In this document: in pieces, positions 37,973 through 48,662 of the stretch | How the letters are laid out: each line of letters opens with the position of its first letter | How positions within the stretch are numbered: the stretch's first letter is position 1 | Source: Lachnospiraceae bacterium | GTDB lineage: Bacteria; Bacillota; Clostridia; Lachnospirales; Lachnospiraceae | Reading direction: 5' to 3' | Assembly (NCBI GenBank): GCA_016285265.1 | Contig: JAEEQL010000001.1 | Coordinates: 5,003-69,002, forward strand | Length of the DNA stretch: 64,000 nt | Program-made: the position numbers and the translations under genes | Notes under the pieces: model-generated | Database searches by the model: none | What the model saw: the letters and a program-made list of their open reading frames with translations, nothing else | Told to the model about the DNA's origin: nothing

Positions 37973-38821
37973 ATGGCAGGAAACGATTACGGCTGGTACC
38001 CCGGACATATGACTAAGTCCGTAAGGGCTATCAGGGAAGAATTAAAACTTGTGGATCTGTGCATAGAGGTTCTTGATTCAAGGATCCCTTTATCGAGCAG
38101 AAATCCCGATATAGACGAGCTTGCAAAGGGCAAGTTCAGAATGGTCGTCCTTAACAAGGCGGATCTTTCCGATGAAAGGAAGACCGCTCTGTGGACATCG
38201 TATTTTAAGGATAAGGGCATTGAGAGCCTTGTTCTTAATGCGAAAGAAAAAAAGGCTTCGGATGCCGTCAAAAAGCTTGCAACAAGCGTTTGTGCCGAGA
38301 AGATAGAACGTGACCGTAAAAGAGGTATAGTGGGACGCCCCATAAGGGCCATGGTCTGCGGCATACCTAATGTCGGCAAATCAACACTTATCAATTCCAT
38401 CACCGGCAAAGCTCCTGCCAAGACGGGAAATAAACCGGGTGTGACAAGAAGCAACCAGTGGGTCAAGACCGGAGCGGGCATCGAGCTTTTGGATACCCCC
38501 GGACTCCTCTGGCCCAAATTTGAAGACAGAAGTGTGGGACTTAAGCTTGCCGCGATCGGAAGCATCAATGACCAGATCCTCAATACAATACTTCTTGCTT
38601 CGGAAACAATCCTTTTGCTCAGGGATATATACCCCGATGCAACAGTTTCAAAATACGAGATATCCTGCAACGAAAAACCCGAGGATGTTCTTAAGGCGGT
38701 AGCTGTAAGAAACGGTCTCATCCTGAAGGGTGCGGATCCGGATATCAGAAGAGCTGCCGAAACACTGCTCGCAGAGCTCAGGAGCGGTAAGCTCGGACGT
38801 ATGACTTTGGAGGAGCCTTAA
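37973..38821 (+). CDS. rbgA: Ribosome biogenesis GTPase RbgA/YlqF
   Basis: WYPGHM, LDSRIP.SSRNP, NKAD, GIPNVGKSTLIN, DTPG. Confidence 0.96.
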   Translation: MAGNDYGWYPGHMTKSVRAIREELKLVDLCIEVLDSRIPLSSRNPDIDELAKGKFRMVVLNKADLSDERKTALWTSYFKDKGIESLVLNAKEKKASDAVKKLATSVCAEKIERDRKRGIVGRPIRAMVCGIPNVGKSTLINSITGKAPAKTGNKPGVTRSNQWVKTGAGIELLDTPGLLWPKFEDRSVGLKLAAIGSINDQILNTILLASETILLLRDIYPDATVSKYEISCNEKPEDVLKAVAVRNGLILKGADPDIRRAAETLLAELRSGKLGRMTLEEP

Positions 38822-38824
38822 GCA

Positions 38825-39382
38825 ATGAGCAGTAAAACCAAAACCAATAAATTTTTGAAGGAAGCATTCAGTACGGGTGTCTATTTTCTTGTAGTATTCC
38901 TGCTGGCCGCATTTGTACTTAAGTTCGTCGGACAAAGATCCGTTGTAGACGGAAGCTCGATGAATGACACTCTTTATGACGGTGAAAGCGTATGGGTCAA
39001 TAAGTTCACATACAGATTTAACGATCCCGAAAGATTCGATGTGATTGTATTTCCTTACAAGTACGCCGAAAATACTTTCTTTATCAAAAGGGTCATCGGA
39101 CTTCCCGGTGAAACCGTACAGATACTTGAAGACGGAACCATTCTGATAAACGGAGAGGTTCTTGAGGAGAACTACGGAAAGGAAGTCATACGCTCGGACA
39201 GACGCGGAACGGCTTCGGAACCTGTTCTTCTCGGTGAGAACGAATATTTCGTCATGGGCGACAACAGGAATGATTCGATGGATTCCAGATATCCGAATGT
39301 CGGCCCCATAACAAAGGATGAGATGATAGGAAAAGCCGTATTCAGACTTTTCCCCATAACCAAGATTGGCGGTATAGATTGA
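38825..39382 (+). CDS. lepB: Signal peptidase I
   Basis: VDGSSM, IKRVIGLPGE, MGDNRNDSMDSR all intact. Confidence 0.95.
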   Translation: MSSKTKTNKFLKEAFSTGVYFLVVFLLAAFVLKFVGQRSVVDGSSMNDTLYDGESVWVNKFTYRFNDPERFDVIVFPYKYAENTFFIKRVIGLPGETVQILEDGTILINGEVLEENYGKEVIRSDRRGTASEPVLLGENEYFVMGDNRNDSMDSRYPNVGPITKDEMIGKAVFRLFPITKIGGID

Positions 39383-40137
39383 TGGAGAGTATTTCCGATA
39401 TCAAAAACAGACTTGCCGAAACGGATGATGAATCCCTTCCGCATGTCATGAGCCTGTATGCGGGGGATGACAGAGCGGGTGTGAAGAAGGCTCTTGAAGG
39501 CGCACAGAAAAGATACGATAAGCTTCTTGCGGAAAAGAAGAGGATCTATGATCTTGGTGCCTACGAAAGACAGTATTCGGATCACCTGTATATCTGCGGG
39601 ATCGATGAGGTCGGAAGAGGGCCGTTTGCAGGTCCCGTCGTTGCCGGAGCCGTTATCCTGCCCAAGGATTGCGACATCCTGTATATAAACGATTCCAAGA
39701 AACTCTCCGAAAAAGTAAGAGAAAGACTGTATGAGGAGATAAAGGAAAAAGCCGTTTCCGCAGCCGTGGGGATCGTGGAACCTTCAAGGATCGATGAGAT
39801 CAATATACTTCAGGCGACATACGAGGCCATGAGGATCGCGATATCAAAGCTTGACCCTGTGCCGGATCTTCTTTTGAACGATGCGGTCACGATCCCGGGT
39901 GTCGATATAAAGCAGATTCCCATCATAAAGGGAGACGCAAAGAGCATTTCCATCGGAGCCGCAAGTATATTTGCCAAGGTGACCAGAGACAGGCTCATGC
40001 TTGAATATGACAAGCAGTATCCCGAGTACGGTTTTGCCAGGAATGTGGGATACGGAACCGCCGAGCATATTGCGGCACTCCAAAAATACGGACCCACTCC
40101 GATCCACAGAAGAAGCTTTATTCATGATTACGTATGA
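39382..40137 (+). CDS. rnhB: Ribonuclease HII
   Basis: GIDEVGRGP.AGPV, NDSKKL, LNDA, KGDAKS, AASIFAKVTRD, HRRSF. Confidence 0.97.
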   Translation: MESISDIKNRLAETDDESLPHVMSLYAGDDRAGVKKALEGAQKRYDKLLAEKKRIYDLGAYERQYSDHLYICGIDEVGRGPFAGPVVAGAVILPKDCDILYINDSKKLSEKVRERLYEEIKEKAVSAAVGIVEPSRIDEINILQATYEAMRIAISKLDPVPDLLLNDAVTIPGVDIKQIPIIKGDAKSISIGAASIFAKVTRDRLMLEYDKQYPEYGFARNVGYGTAEHIAALQKYGPTPIHRRSFIHDYV

Positions 40138-42011
40138 GTGCGATTAGCGACATCTTTTTAAATCCGATAAGGAATGTCACTGATAAGCCTGCCACCGATG
40201 TTTCGGGGGAAGGCGTAGCCACTCTGTCCAAAATGAAGAACGGTGATACGTTCTCCGCCAGGGTCGTAAATACCACGGGCGAGAATGTGACGCTCAGGCT
40301 TTCAAACGGTAATCTCGTAAATGCAAAGCTTTCAGCGGATATGAATATCTCGGAAGGACAGACTGTTTCCTTTGAGGTCAGAAATTCCGGAAGCTCCATA
40401 AAGATATCGCCGCTGCTTACCAATACATCCGCCGATGTAAGCGTGCTCAAAGCACTGAACCAGGCATCGCTTCCCGTAAACGATACAACCGCCGCTATGA
40501 CCACGGAGATGATGAAGGCCGGACTTTCGATTGACAGGCAGTCGCTTTCCGGAATGTACGAAAGCATTCTGAACAATCCGGGTGCGAAGATCGGTGATGC
40601 GGTGGATCTTGCTAAGCTTGGTCTTCCGGTCAATGAGTCCAATCTTGCAAATATCGAAAACTATAAGAATCTTTCCTATCAGATAGATCAGGGAATGCAG
40701 AGCATTGCGGAAAAGACCGACCGGGCGCTTCTTGATCTTGTTTCCGGAGGTGATACCGCGGGCGCTTCCAAGGTCATGGCTTCGCTCCTTGAATCCGTGA
40801 CCGCATACTTGTCCGAAACAGGTGATCCGCTTGCTGCGGAAAATGCACTTCAGGGCGCACAGGCGGCTGAACTTTATTCGGAGATGGGAGCACCTTCGGA
40901 TAATGCACAAAACGTAAATGCAAACGGCGATAATCTGCAGGCTGTCAGCTCCGGAAATGAAAAGTCCGATCCCGAAGCGGTCAGCGCTGCTGCGGGATAT
41001 ACATCCGCAGGTGCGGAGTCAATAGCTTCACAGGAAAACAGCGATCCCGCATCCAAGGCTCTGGAACTTTTGAGATCACTTCAGGGTAGTCAGTCTGAGA
41101 GCAGGGATACTGTGGTTTCCGTTAAGAACCCGGTACCGGATAATGCGGCAGTAAATGATACTGCGGCAAAGTCATCAACAATATCCGAAGATTTCGGCAG
41201 GGCGGTTGAGGTGTTCAGACAGATCACCGGTGATGCGGATTATAAGCCTGCGGATCTTCAGAGCTTTCTTAAGGATATCTCCGCATTTCAGGCTAAGGCT
41301 TTTGCAGAGGAAAACACAGACGGATTAAAGGAACTTGTTTCCTCTAAGTCCGTAAGAAATCTTGTATTTGATGTCCTTAAGGATCAGTGGAGGATATCAC
41401 CTTCGGAGGTTGCCGACAAGGATAAGGTCGAAGCTTTATACAGGAGGCTCGGAGATCAGATAAATATTTTAAAAGAAGGACTCGCAAGCGTTAATGCCGA
41501 GAACAGTGCAGCGTTCCGTGCGGCCGACAATATGAGTTCCAATCTTGATTTCCTTAATCAGATCAATCAGATGTATGCATATATCCAGCTTCCTCTCAAG
41601 CTTTCGGGAGGGGACAATGCGCACGGCGATCTGTATGTTTATTCGAACAGGAAGAATATGTCATCCGATGATTCGACCGTGACCGCATTCATGCATCTTG
41701 ATATGGATCATCTCGGACCCGTTGATGTCTATGTCTCAATGGATCTTAAGTCCGGCGGAAAGGTTCAGACAAACTTTACCGTGGCCGATGATGAGATACT
41801 TACTTTCCTAGAGGAGAACATTCATATCCTCAATGAAAGACTGAATAAAAGAGGATACGATCTGTCCTGTAAGATGACGCTTAAAGGCGAGGAAGAAACT
41901 CCCGAAGAAGATGCGCTCTCGGGCGGCGGAGTAAATCTCCTTCTTTTGCATGCGGGCGGCATGGGCGGATCTTTCCAAGCGGGAATGAGATCTTTTGATG
42001 TGAGGGCATAA
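40134..42011 (+). CDS. FliK-like (YlqG-type) flagellar hook-length control domain protein
   Basis: Low-complexity middle; C-terminal YIQLPL..GDLYV..LHLDMDHLG.VDV; rnhB-ylqG-ylqH context. Confidence 0.75.
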   Translation: MSAISDIFLNPIRNVTDKPATDVSGEGVATLSKMKNGDTFSARVVNTTGENVTLRLSNGNLVNAKLSADMNISEGQTVSFEVRNSGSSIKISPLLTNTSADVSVLKALNQASLPVNDTTAAMTTEMMKAGLSIDRQSLSGMYESILNNPGAKIGDAVDLAKLGLPVNESNLANIENYKNLSYQIDQGMQSIAEKTDRALLDLVSGGDTAGASKVMASLLESVTAYLSETGDPLAAENALQGAQAAELYSEMGAPSDNAQNVNANGDNLQAVSSGNEKSDPEAVSAAAGYTSAGAESIASQENSDPASKALELLRSLQGSQSESRDTVVSVKNPVPDNAAVNDTAAKSSTISEDFGRAVEVFRQITGDADYKPADLQSFLKDISAFQAKAFAEENTDGLKELVSSKSVRNLVFDVLKDQWRISPSEVADKDKVEALYRRLGDQINILKEGLASVNAENSAAFRAADNMSSNLDFLNQINQMYAYIQLPLKLSGGDNAHGDLYVYSNRKNMSSDDSTVTAFMHLDMDHLGPVDVYVSMDLKSGGKVQTNFTVADDEILTFLEENIHILNERLNKRGYDLSCKMTLKGEEETPEEDALSGGGVNLLLLHAGGMGGSFQAGMRSFDVRA

Positions 42012-42292
42012 TGGCTGAGGAAAAGAAAAAGATAAAAACAGCGGTCGCCCTCGAATACGATCCGAGCGATGAGGCGCCCAGGGTCATAGCTTCCGGTAAG
42101 GGAGCCCTGGCCGAGAAGATAATCGAAAAGGCAAAGGAAAGCGATGTTCCCGTACACGAGGATGATAAGCTCGCAAACACGCTTTCAAAACTTGAGATCG
42201 GCGATCTGATACCTCCCGAGCTTTATGAGGTGGTTGCCGAGATCCTGATCTTCGTTGATTCGATGGATAAGATCAAGAGTAAGCTGAAGTGA
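42011..42292 (+). CDS. FlhB/EscU C-terminal-like small protein (YlqH-type)
   Basis: AVALEYD..APRVIASGKG.LAEKII, IPPELYEVVAEIL. Confidence 0.9.
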   Translation: MAEEKKKIKTAVALEYDPSDEAPRVIASGKGALAEKIIEKAKESDVPVHEDDKLANTLSKLEIGDLIPPELYEVVAEILIFVDSMDKIKSKLK

Positions 42293-42648
42293 CAGATAAC
42301 CGGGAAAAAGGTTCTTTTCACGAGACCATTGCAATTGAATATCTCAAAAAGAAAGGACATCGGATAATCGCGAGAAACGAGCTCAACAAGTTCGGTGAGA
42401 TAGATATCATTTCTGTCACTCCGGACCGCAAGATTGTTTTTACGGAAGTAAAATACAGAAAGAGCTCAAAGAACGGATATCCTTTGGAAGCCGTGACTGC
42501 GGCAAAGCAGCGGAAGATAAGCAGGGCTTCCGCATACTATCTGAATTCTCACCGTGAATACATGAATCATCAGGTCAGATATGATTGCATCGGAATCACC
42601 GGTGATGAAATAAAACATATAGAAAATGCATTTTACTACGTGGGGTGA
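42289..42648 (+). CDS. YraN family (UPF0102) putative PD-(D/E)XK endonuclease
   Basis: G..HE..A..YL, GEIDII, VFTEVKYR, RYDCI. Confidence 0.92.
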   Translation: MTDNREKGSFHETIAIEYLKKKGHRIIARNELNKFGEIDIISVTPDRKIVFTEVKYRKSSKNGYPLEAVTAAKQRKISRASAYYLNSHREYMNHQVRYDCIGITGDEIKHIENAFYYVG

Positions 42649-42650
42649 CT

Positions 42651-43346
42651 ATGGCAAATATTCTTGTTTGTGATGATGATAAAGACATTGTTGAGGCGAT
42701 AGAAGTCTATCTCAAGGATGACGGACACTTTATATATAAAGCATATAATGGAGCCGATGCGCTTGAGATCCTCGGAAAAGAGGACATTCAGCTCGTTATC
42801 CTCGACATCATGATGCCTGTTATGAACGGCATCGAAGTTGCGGAAAAGATAAGGGAGAGCAGTACTCTTCCCATAATCTTCCTGTCCGCAAAATCGGAGG
42901 AAAACGATAAGGTCACCGGACTTAATGCCGGTGCGGATGATTATATCACCAAGCCTTTTTCTCCTGCGGAGCTTACCGCAAGAGTCAGGTCAAACTTAAG
43001 GAGATACACGCTTCTCGGAAGCATCAACGAAGGCGGTAATACTCATATCTACAATTGCGGCGGACTCAGCATAAATGATGAGACCAAGACCGTTACCGTC
43101 GATTCACAGCCCGTAAAGCTTACACCGATTGAGTACAACATCCTCCTGCTTCTTCTGAAGAATAAGGGAACCGTTTTTTCCACTGACAAGATCTATGAAT
43201 CCATCTGGAACGAAGCTCCCATTGCGACGGACAATACCGTTGCTGTCCATATCAGACATATCAGGGAGAAGATCGAGATAGATCCCGGTCAGCCCCAGTT
43301 CCTTAAAGTTGTATGGGGAGTAGGATATAAGATAGAAGATCTATGA
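42651..43346 (+). CDS. OmpR-family response regulator
   Basis: ILVCDDD, LDIMMP..NG, GADDYITKPF, LTPIEY.IL, HIRHIREKIE, VWGVGYK. Confidence 0.96.
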   Translation: MANILVCDDDKDIVEAIEVYLKDDGHFIYKAYNGADALEILGKEDIQLVILDIMMPVMNGIEVAEKIRESSTLPIIFLSAKSEENDKVTGLNAGADDYITKPFSPAELTARVRSNLRRYTLLGSINEGGNTHIYNCGGLSINDETKTVTVDSQPVKLTPIEYNILLLLLKNKGTVFSTDKIYESIWNEAPIATDNTVAVHIRHIREKIEIDPGQPQFLKVVWGVGYKIEDL

Positions 43347-46036
43347 AAAAGACCAGAGCCAAAAAATTAATGTTCCATCTCGGAATGCACTTATGTGCAT
43401 TTATTTCCGTACTCTTTTTGGCCGACATATTTTTCTGCAGTTATATTTCCGTAAGCTATCTCGGAGGAGATTCCAGGTATGCGCTCAATCCCTTTCCCTC
43501 TCAGGAGACCGAAGAGATCGACGGCATAATCACCGATATATTCTCCCGTCAGGCATCCGATATCATGAAGTATACTGCCGCAAAGGAAATACTCGGTGCC
43601 CAGAACGGATTAAAGGATAACCGTATAGTTGAACTGTCCGATTATTATCACGGTGCTTATAAGGTGAGCATCAAGCTCTATCTTTCCGATCTTATCAACC
43701 TCGGAAGAAGAGGTATTGAATATAACGAAAGAAGCCTTACCGTTCAGGACTTTGTCTATTATTTCGGAGATCCACTCTATGCGGAAAATTTCGCTCTTGA
43801 TCCTTACGGAAATCTTTACTTCATCGGCTTCGAGACCATTAACAGATATAAGTTCTCGGAGAAATATACGACCAATGTTTCCGAAGAAGACGAAGAGGGT
43901 GTGGATGAGAATGTCGTAAAGGCCATACGCAACACTGCGCCTTCGGATCTGATCAACCTTGTAGCCCAGTACTGTGTCAGGGAATATCCCGAGCTTGTTT
44001 CATTGTCCAGCTGGGAAGACGGCATGATCTATGTCACCTTCAAGGAGCCCGTAATCGATGATGCCGGCTTTAACTCATTCATGAGCTATAAGGAGTCCAT
44101 CCGTAACTGGGACGGATACTTTACGGCCATTGATGAACTTAAGGTAACTTCCTCGCTCTTTTCCGCAGCATACGATGTTTACAGGGAAGGAGAAAAGCTT
44201 TACGAAGACGACAATTCCAATCTCGTATATACCATAAGGACTAAGGATACCGAAGGCAATACAAGGGTGTATACGAATTATCCCGATTCGAAGAAGTACG
44301 ATGATGCTTCTCTTGCGGATATATACTCAAGCCATTTGTATTACATCATATGCTATTATGACGATCTTGAGTATTCGACACTTTCCGATATTCCCGAGAA
44401 TGTCATCACCGATTCCATAATGATCTATCCCGATGTCTATCCCGACAATACCCATGTCTGGATGTATATTGACGACACGACATCCAGGGCGAACGATATC
44501 TATTACGATCTGCTCTGCAGATATGATTCCGTAAAACAGATCTCGGGCTTGTTCATGATAGTCATCGCATTCCTTACTTTTATCTATCTTGCTCTTTTCG
44601 TTTATCTGCTCTTTATCACCGGTGTCGAATATACCGATGAAGGAGAAGAGTTCAGGGTTTTCCCTCAGGATAAGATCTGGATCGAGGTGATGGCCGCATT
44701 TGCAGTCGGTGCATTTTTCCTTGCCAGATTATATTTCGATTATCTGAAGCAGCTTATCAATGTAAATTATTGCAGGGTAACCTTTGAAAACGGAGGCCCC
44801 TTCAAAAATGCCGGAATATCGTCCTATCTTATATTCGGCATGTTCGGATTCCTGCTTTCGCTTACCGGTGCTTTTATTATTTTCTCCTTTGTAAGAAGGA
44901 TAAGAGCGGGCGTTCTCTTTGAGTATTCGTTCCTCAAAAGGATCAAGATGTTCTTCGACTGGTTCGCTCTCATTTATTCGGGCGGTTCATCGGCTTCGTG
45001 GTATGTTCTGATCCCTTACGGAGCTTTCCTTATCGTAAATGTCGGCGGTGCTGTCTACGGTATGATGAATCTTGATAATGTTGCGATCTCCGCCATCGTA
45101 TTCTCGGTACTGGTTCTGGTCGATATCTTCGTCGGCATCACGCTTTTCCTTGTGACAGCCGAAAAGAAGGAACTGCTTGACGGAATTGCCAGGATAAGGG
45201 CCGGTGAAGTCGATTACAAGATAGATGTTTCTAACCTCCGCTATGAGAACAGGAAACTTGCGGACAGCATCAACAATATCGGAGACGGTATCAAGACGGC
45301 GGTAGAATCCTCTCTTATGGAAGAACAGCTCAGGTCCGAGCTCATAACCAATGTTTCGCATGACCTTAAGACGCCTCTAACCTCGATAATCAACTATTCC
45401 GATCTTCTGAAGAGGGACAATCTTACCGAGGAAAAGAAAAAGGAATACCTTTCCGTTATCGGTGAAAAATCCATCAAGCTTAAAAAACTTCTTGAAGATC
45501 TCCTCGAAGCATCCAAGCTTTCTTCCGGACAGGTTGAGCTCAACAGGGAAAAGACGGATCTTACCGAACTTTTGAACCAGGCGCTCGGAGAATATGAGGG
45601 AAGGTTTAAGAATTCGAAGCTTGAGCTTGTCACGAATGATTTCCCCAGGGCATTTATCTATACCGATCCCGGATGTACATGGAGGATATTCGATAATATT
45701 TTTGAAAATATCTGCAAATATGCCATGAGCGGAACAAGGATCTATGTCGATTACACCGCATCGGACGGATTCGCCTATATCAAGATCAAGAATGTATCCG
45801 CCATAAGACCCAGATTCCAGGGCGACGAGCTCACGGAAAGGTTTATCAGGGGAGATGAGAGTAGGAGCGGTGAAGGAAGCGGACTCGGACTCTTTATCGC
45901 AAAGAGCCTTACACAGGCGCAGGGCGGTACCTTTAAGGTCATAGTTGACGGCGATTTGTTCGTGACCGATATCTCGATCCCCGAGTTCAGCTCCGAGCTT
46001 GAAGAAAAAAGTACAAACCGCAGCGAAGAACAATAA
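43343..46036 (+). CDS. Large membrane sensor histidine kinase
   Basis: Multiple TMs, large extracellular region, H-box NVSHDLKTPL, N-box ENICKY, GSGLGL. Confidence 0.94.
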   Translation: MKKTRAKKLMFHLGMHLCAFISVLFLADIFFCSYISVSYLGGDSRYALNPFPSQETEEIDGIITDIFSRQASDIMKYTAAKEILGAQNGLKDNRIVELSDYYHGAYKVSIKLYLSDLINLGRRGIEYNERSLTVQDFVYYFGDPLYAENFALDPYGNLYFIGFETINRYKFSEKYTTNVSEEDEEGVDENVVKAIRNTAPSDLINLVAQYCVREYPELVSLSSWEDGMIYVTFKEPVIDDAGFNSFMSYKESIRNWDGYFTAIDELKVTSSLFSAAYDVYREGEKLYEDDNSNLVYTIRTKDTEGNTRVYTNYPDSKKYDDASLADIYSSHLYYIICYYDDLEYSTLSDIPENVITDSIMIYPDVYPDNTHVWMYIDDTTSRANDIYYDLLCRYDSVKQISGLFMIVIAFLTFIYLALFVYLLFITGVEYTDEGEEFRVFPQDKIWIEVMAAFAVGAFFLARLYFDYLKQLINVNYCRVTFENGGPFKNAGISSYLIFGMFGFLLSLTGAFIIFSFVRRIRAGVLFEYSFLKRIKMFFDWFALIYSGGSSASWYVLIPYGAFLIVNVGGAVYGMMNLDNVAISAIVFSVLVLVDIFVGITLFLVTAEKKELLDGIARIRAGEVDYKIDVSNLRYENRKLADSINNIGDGIKTAVESSLMEEQLRSELITNVSHDLKTPLTSIINYSDLLKRDNLTEEKKKEYLSVIGEKSIKLKKLLEDLLEASKLSSGQVELNREKTDLTELLNQALGEYEGRFKNSKLELVTNDFPRAFIYTDPGCTWRIFDNIFENICKYAMSGTRIYVDYTASDGFAYIKIKNVSAIRPRFQGDELTERFIRGDESRSGEGSGLGLFIAKSLTQAQGGTFKVIVDGDLFVTDISIPEFSSELEEKSTNRSEEQ

Positions 46037-46052
46037 AGCCCGCTGCCTTTTG

Positions 46053-46061
46053 TGTTATAAT
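46053..46061 (+). promoter_or_regulatory. Extended -10 promoter of prs
   Basis: TGTTATAAT; no good -35. Confidence 0.5.
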
Positions 46062-46097
46062 CTGTATCGAAAATGTATTAAGAACAGGAAGCAAATC

Positions 46098-47288
46098 ATG
46101 CCTAACGTACTGGAACTTGAAAATTCAATGCCCGTAGGGCAGCTCGGACTATTGGTCCATCCTTCGTTCGGAATGAAGGGAGACCGTGTGAATTCGTATC
46201 TTGCGTCATTCCGTAAGGACATTCACAACGATCTGGTCAAGAATGATCCCGCATTCCAGGGATACCAGATGGACGATTACAGGGTTCCTTTTTCAATTCC
46301 GAGATTCGGAAGCGGTGAAGGAAAATGCCACATCCAGCAGTCAACAAGAGGCAAGGACCTCTTTATCCTCGTGGATGTGACAAACCATTCGCTCACCTAT
46401 AAGATGAACGGATTTGAGAACCATATGTCACCCGATGACATATATCAGGATCTTAAGAGGATCATCGCAGCGATCGACGGAAAAGCATACCGTATCAATG
46501 TCATTATGCCTTTCCTCTATGAAGGAAGACAGCACAGAAGGCACGGTCGTGAATCCATGGACTGCGCTTATATGCTCAAGGAACTCAGCGATATGGGCAT
46601 GGCCAATTTCATAACCTTCGACGCACACGATCCCAGGGTTCAGAATTCCATCCCCCTTATCGGCTTTGATAATTTCATGCCTCCCTATCAGTTCATCAAG
46701 GCTCTTCTTACGAATGAGGACGATCTTATCGTGGATGAGGACCATATGGTCGTTATCGCACCCGATGAAGGTGCACTTGAAAGAGCTATCTATTTTGCGA
46801 ATGTTCTCGGTCTCAACACCGGTACTTTCTATAAGAGACGTGATTATTCCAAGATCGTAAACGGCAAGAACCCCATCGTTGCTCACGAATTCCTCGGCGA
46901 TAACATAGACAGTAAGGATGTTGTCATAATCGATGACATGATCTCTTCGGGTGGTTCGATGGTTGATACCGCAAGACAGCTCAAGGAGATGAATGCGAGA
47001 AGAGTATTCATCTGTACCACATTCGGTCTGTTCACCGAAGGACTCGATAATTTCGATAAGGCTTACGAGAAGGGTTATTTCGACAGGGTCATCACCACCA
47101 ACCTGACTTATCTTCCTCCCGAGATCTATGACAGACCTTATTTCATCGAAGCCGATATGTGCAAGTTCATTGCCTCCATAATCGACTTTATGAACCATGA
47201 TTCATCCATGTCCAATGTTATGGACAATACACAGAAGATGCATGCCGTTCTCGAGAACTACAATGCACGTCTGAATGTAGAGATCTGA
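46098..47288 (+). CDS. prs: Ribose-phosphate pyrophosphokinase (long clostridial type)
   Basis: RFGSGEGK, MPFLYEGRQ, FDAHDP, APDEGA, IIDDMISSGGS. Confidence 0.93.
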   Translation: MPNVLELENSMPVGQLGLLVHPSFGMKGDRVNSYLASFRKDIHNDLVKNDPAFQGYQMDDYRVPFSIPRFGSGEGKCHIQQSTRGKDLFILVDVTNHSLTYKMNGFENHMSPDDIYQDLKRIIAAIDGKAYRINVIMPFLYEGRQHRRHGRESMDCAYMLKELSDMGMANFITFDAHDPRVQNSIPLIGFDNFMPPYQFIKALLTNEDDLIVDEDHMVVIAPDEGALERAIYFANVLGLNTGTFYKRRDYSKIVNGKNPIVAHEFLGDNIDSKDVVIIDDMISSGGSMVDTARQLKEMNARRVFICTTFGLFTEGLDNFDKAYEKGYFDRVITTNLTYLPPEIYDRPYFIEADMCKFIASIIDFMNHDSSMSNVMDNTQKMHAVLENYNARLNVEI

Positions 47289-47301
47289 TCCGGAGCAAGA
47301 C

Positions 47302-48630
47302 TTGAGTAAAAGCCATATCATCAAAAGCGTTAATAAAGGTTCGATCGCAGATTCGCTGGGCATTTTGCCCGGCGATATTGTAATCAGGATAGATGATCAG
47401 GAGATAGAGGATATCTTCGATTATCAGTTTTTCACCATGTCCGACAATCTCATCCTTACTGTCTTAAGGGACGGTGAGGAATGGGAATATGACATTGAAA
47501 AGGGTGAGAATGAGGATCTGGGCATCGTATTCGAAAACGGTCTCATGGACACATACAGGAGATGCTCGAACAACTGCATTTTCTGCTTTATAGACCAGAT
47601 GCCTCCCGGAATGAGGGATACCCTGTATTTCAAGGATGACGATTCGAGACTTTCTTTCCTTCAGGGCAACTATATAACCCTTACCAATCTGTCCGAAAAG
47701 GACTTAAACAGGATCGTCAGATACAATCTTTCCCCCGTAAACGTATCCGTTCATACGATGAATCCCGAACTCAGATGTAAGATGCTGGGTAACCGTTTTG
47801 CGGGTTCGTCACTTTCCAAGCTTAATGTTCTTGCCGAGGCAGGGATCGAGATGAACGGACAGATAGTTCTCTGCAAGGGCATCAATGACGGTAAGGAGCT
47901 TGAATACTCGATTTCGGAGCTTATGAAGTTCATTCCTTCTTTCAGGAGCCTTTCCGTTGTTCCCGTCGGGCTTTCCAAATACCGCGACGGTCTGTTTCAC
48001 CTTGATCCCTTTGAAAAGGAAGACTGCATAGAGGTCATCGGGATCATCGAAAAATACCAGAAGATCGCTTATGAAAAGTACGGAATTCACTTCGTACACG
48101 CAAGCGACGAGTGGTATCTTACAGCAGAGACGAATCTTCCGGAAAGCGACCGCTATGACGGGTATCTTCAGATTGAAAACGGTGTCGGAATGATGCGTTC
48201 ATTCATGGATGAGACGGATGAACAGATCGCAAAGAGGGAAAAGGACGGAAGCTTTGAGTCAGTCGACCGTTCAAGGCATATTTCGCTGGTGACCGGACTG
48301 CTGGCATATCCGATAATCAGATCTACAGCCGAAAAGATCGAATCGAAGGTGCCCGGACTTAAGCTTAACGTGATCCCCGTAAGGAACGATTTCTTCGGTG
48401 AGAGGATCACGGTTTCGGGTCTTCTTACGGGCAGGGATATCATAGCCCAGCTAAAGGGCACTGACCTTGGAACGGAGGTTCGTTTGCCCGAGTCCGTCGT
48501 GAGGGCCGGAACCGACGTTTTCCTTGATGATTACACGGTTTCACAGGTCTCGGATGCTTTACAAGTACGCGTATATACGATAAAATCTAATGGTTACGAC
48601 TTTGTTGATTCCTGCTTGGGGATCAGCTGA
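47302..48630 (+). CDS. DUF512 protein with N-terminal PDZ-like domain and radical-SAM-like CxxxCxxC
   Basis: CSNNCIFCFIDQ, YFKDDD.RLSFLQGNY, Q.ENGVG; upstream of der as in clostridia. Confidence 0.9.
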   Translation: MSKSHIIKSVNKGSIADSLGILPGDIVIRIDDQEIEDIFDYQFFTMSDNLILTVLRDGEEWEYDIEKGENEDLGIVFENGLMDTYRRCSNNCIFCFIDQMPPGMRDTLYFKDDDSRLSFLQGNYITLTNLSEKDLNRIVRYNLSPVNVSVHTMNPELRCKMLGNRFAGSSLSKLNVLAEAGIEMNGQIVLCKGINDGKELEYSISELMKFIPSFRSLSVVPVGLSKYRDGLFHLDPFEKEDCIEVIGIIEKYQKIAYEKYGIHFVHASDEWYLTAETNLPESDRYDGYLQIENGVGMMRSFMDETDEQIAKREKDGSFESVDRSRHISLVTGLLAYPIIRSTAEKIESKVPGLKLNVIPVRNDFFGERITVSGLLTGRDIIAQLKGTDLGTEVRLPESVVRAGTDVFLDDYTVSQVSDALQVRVYTIKSNGYDFVDSCLGIS

Positions 48631-48662
48631 TATTTTTGTGTTTAAACAGGTGTTTTTCAGTT

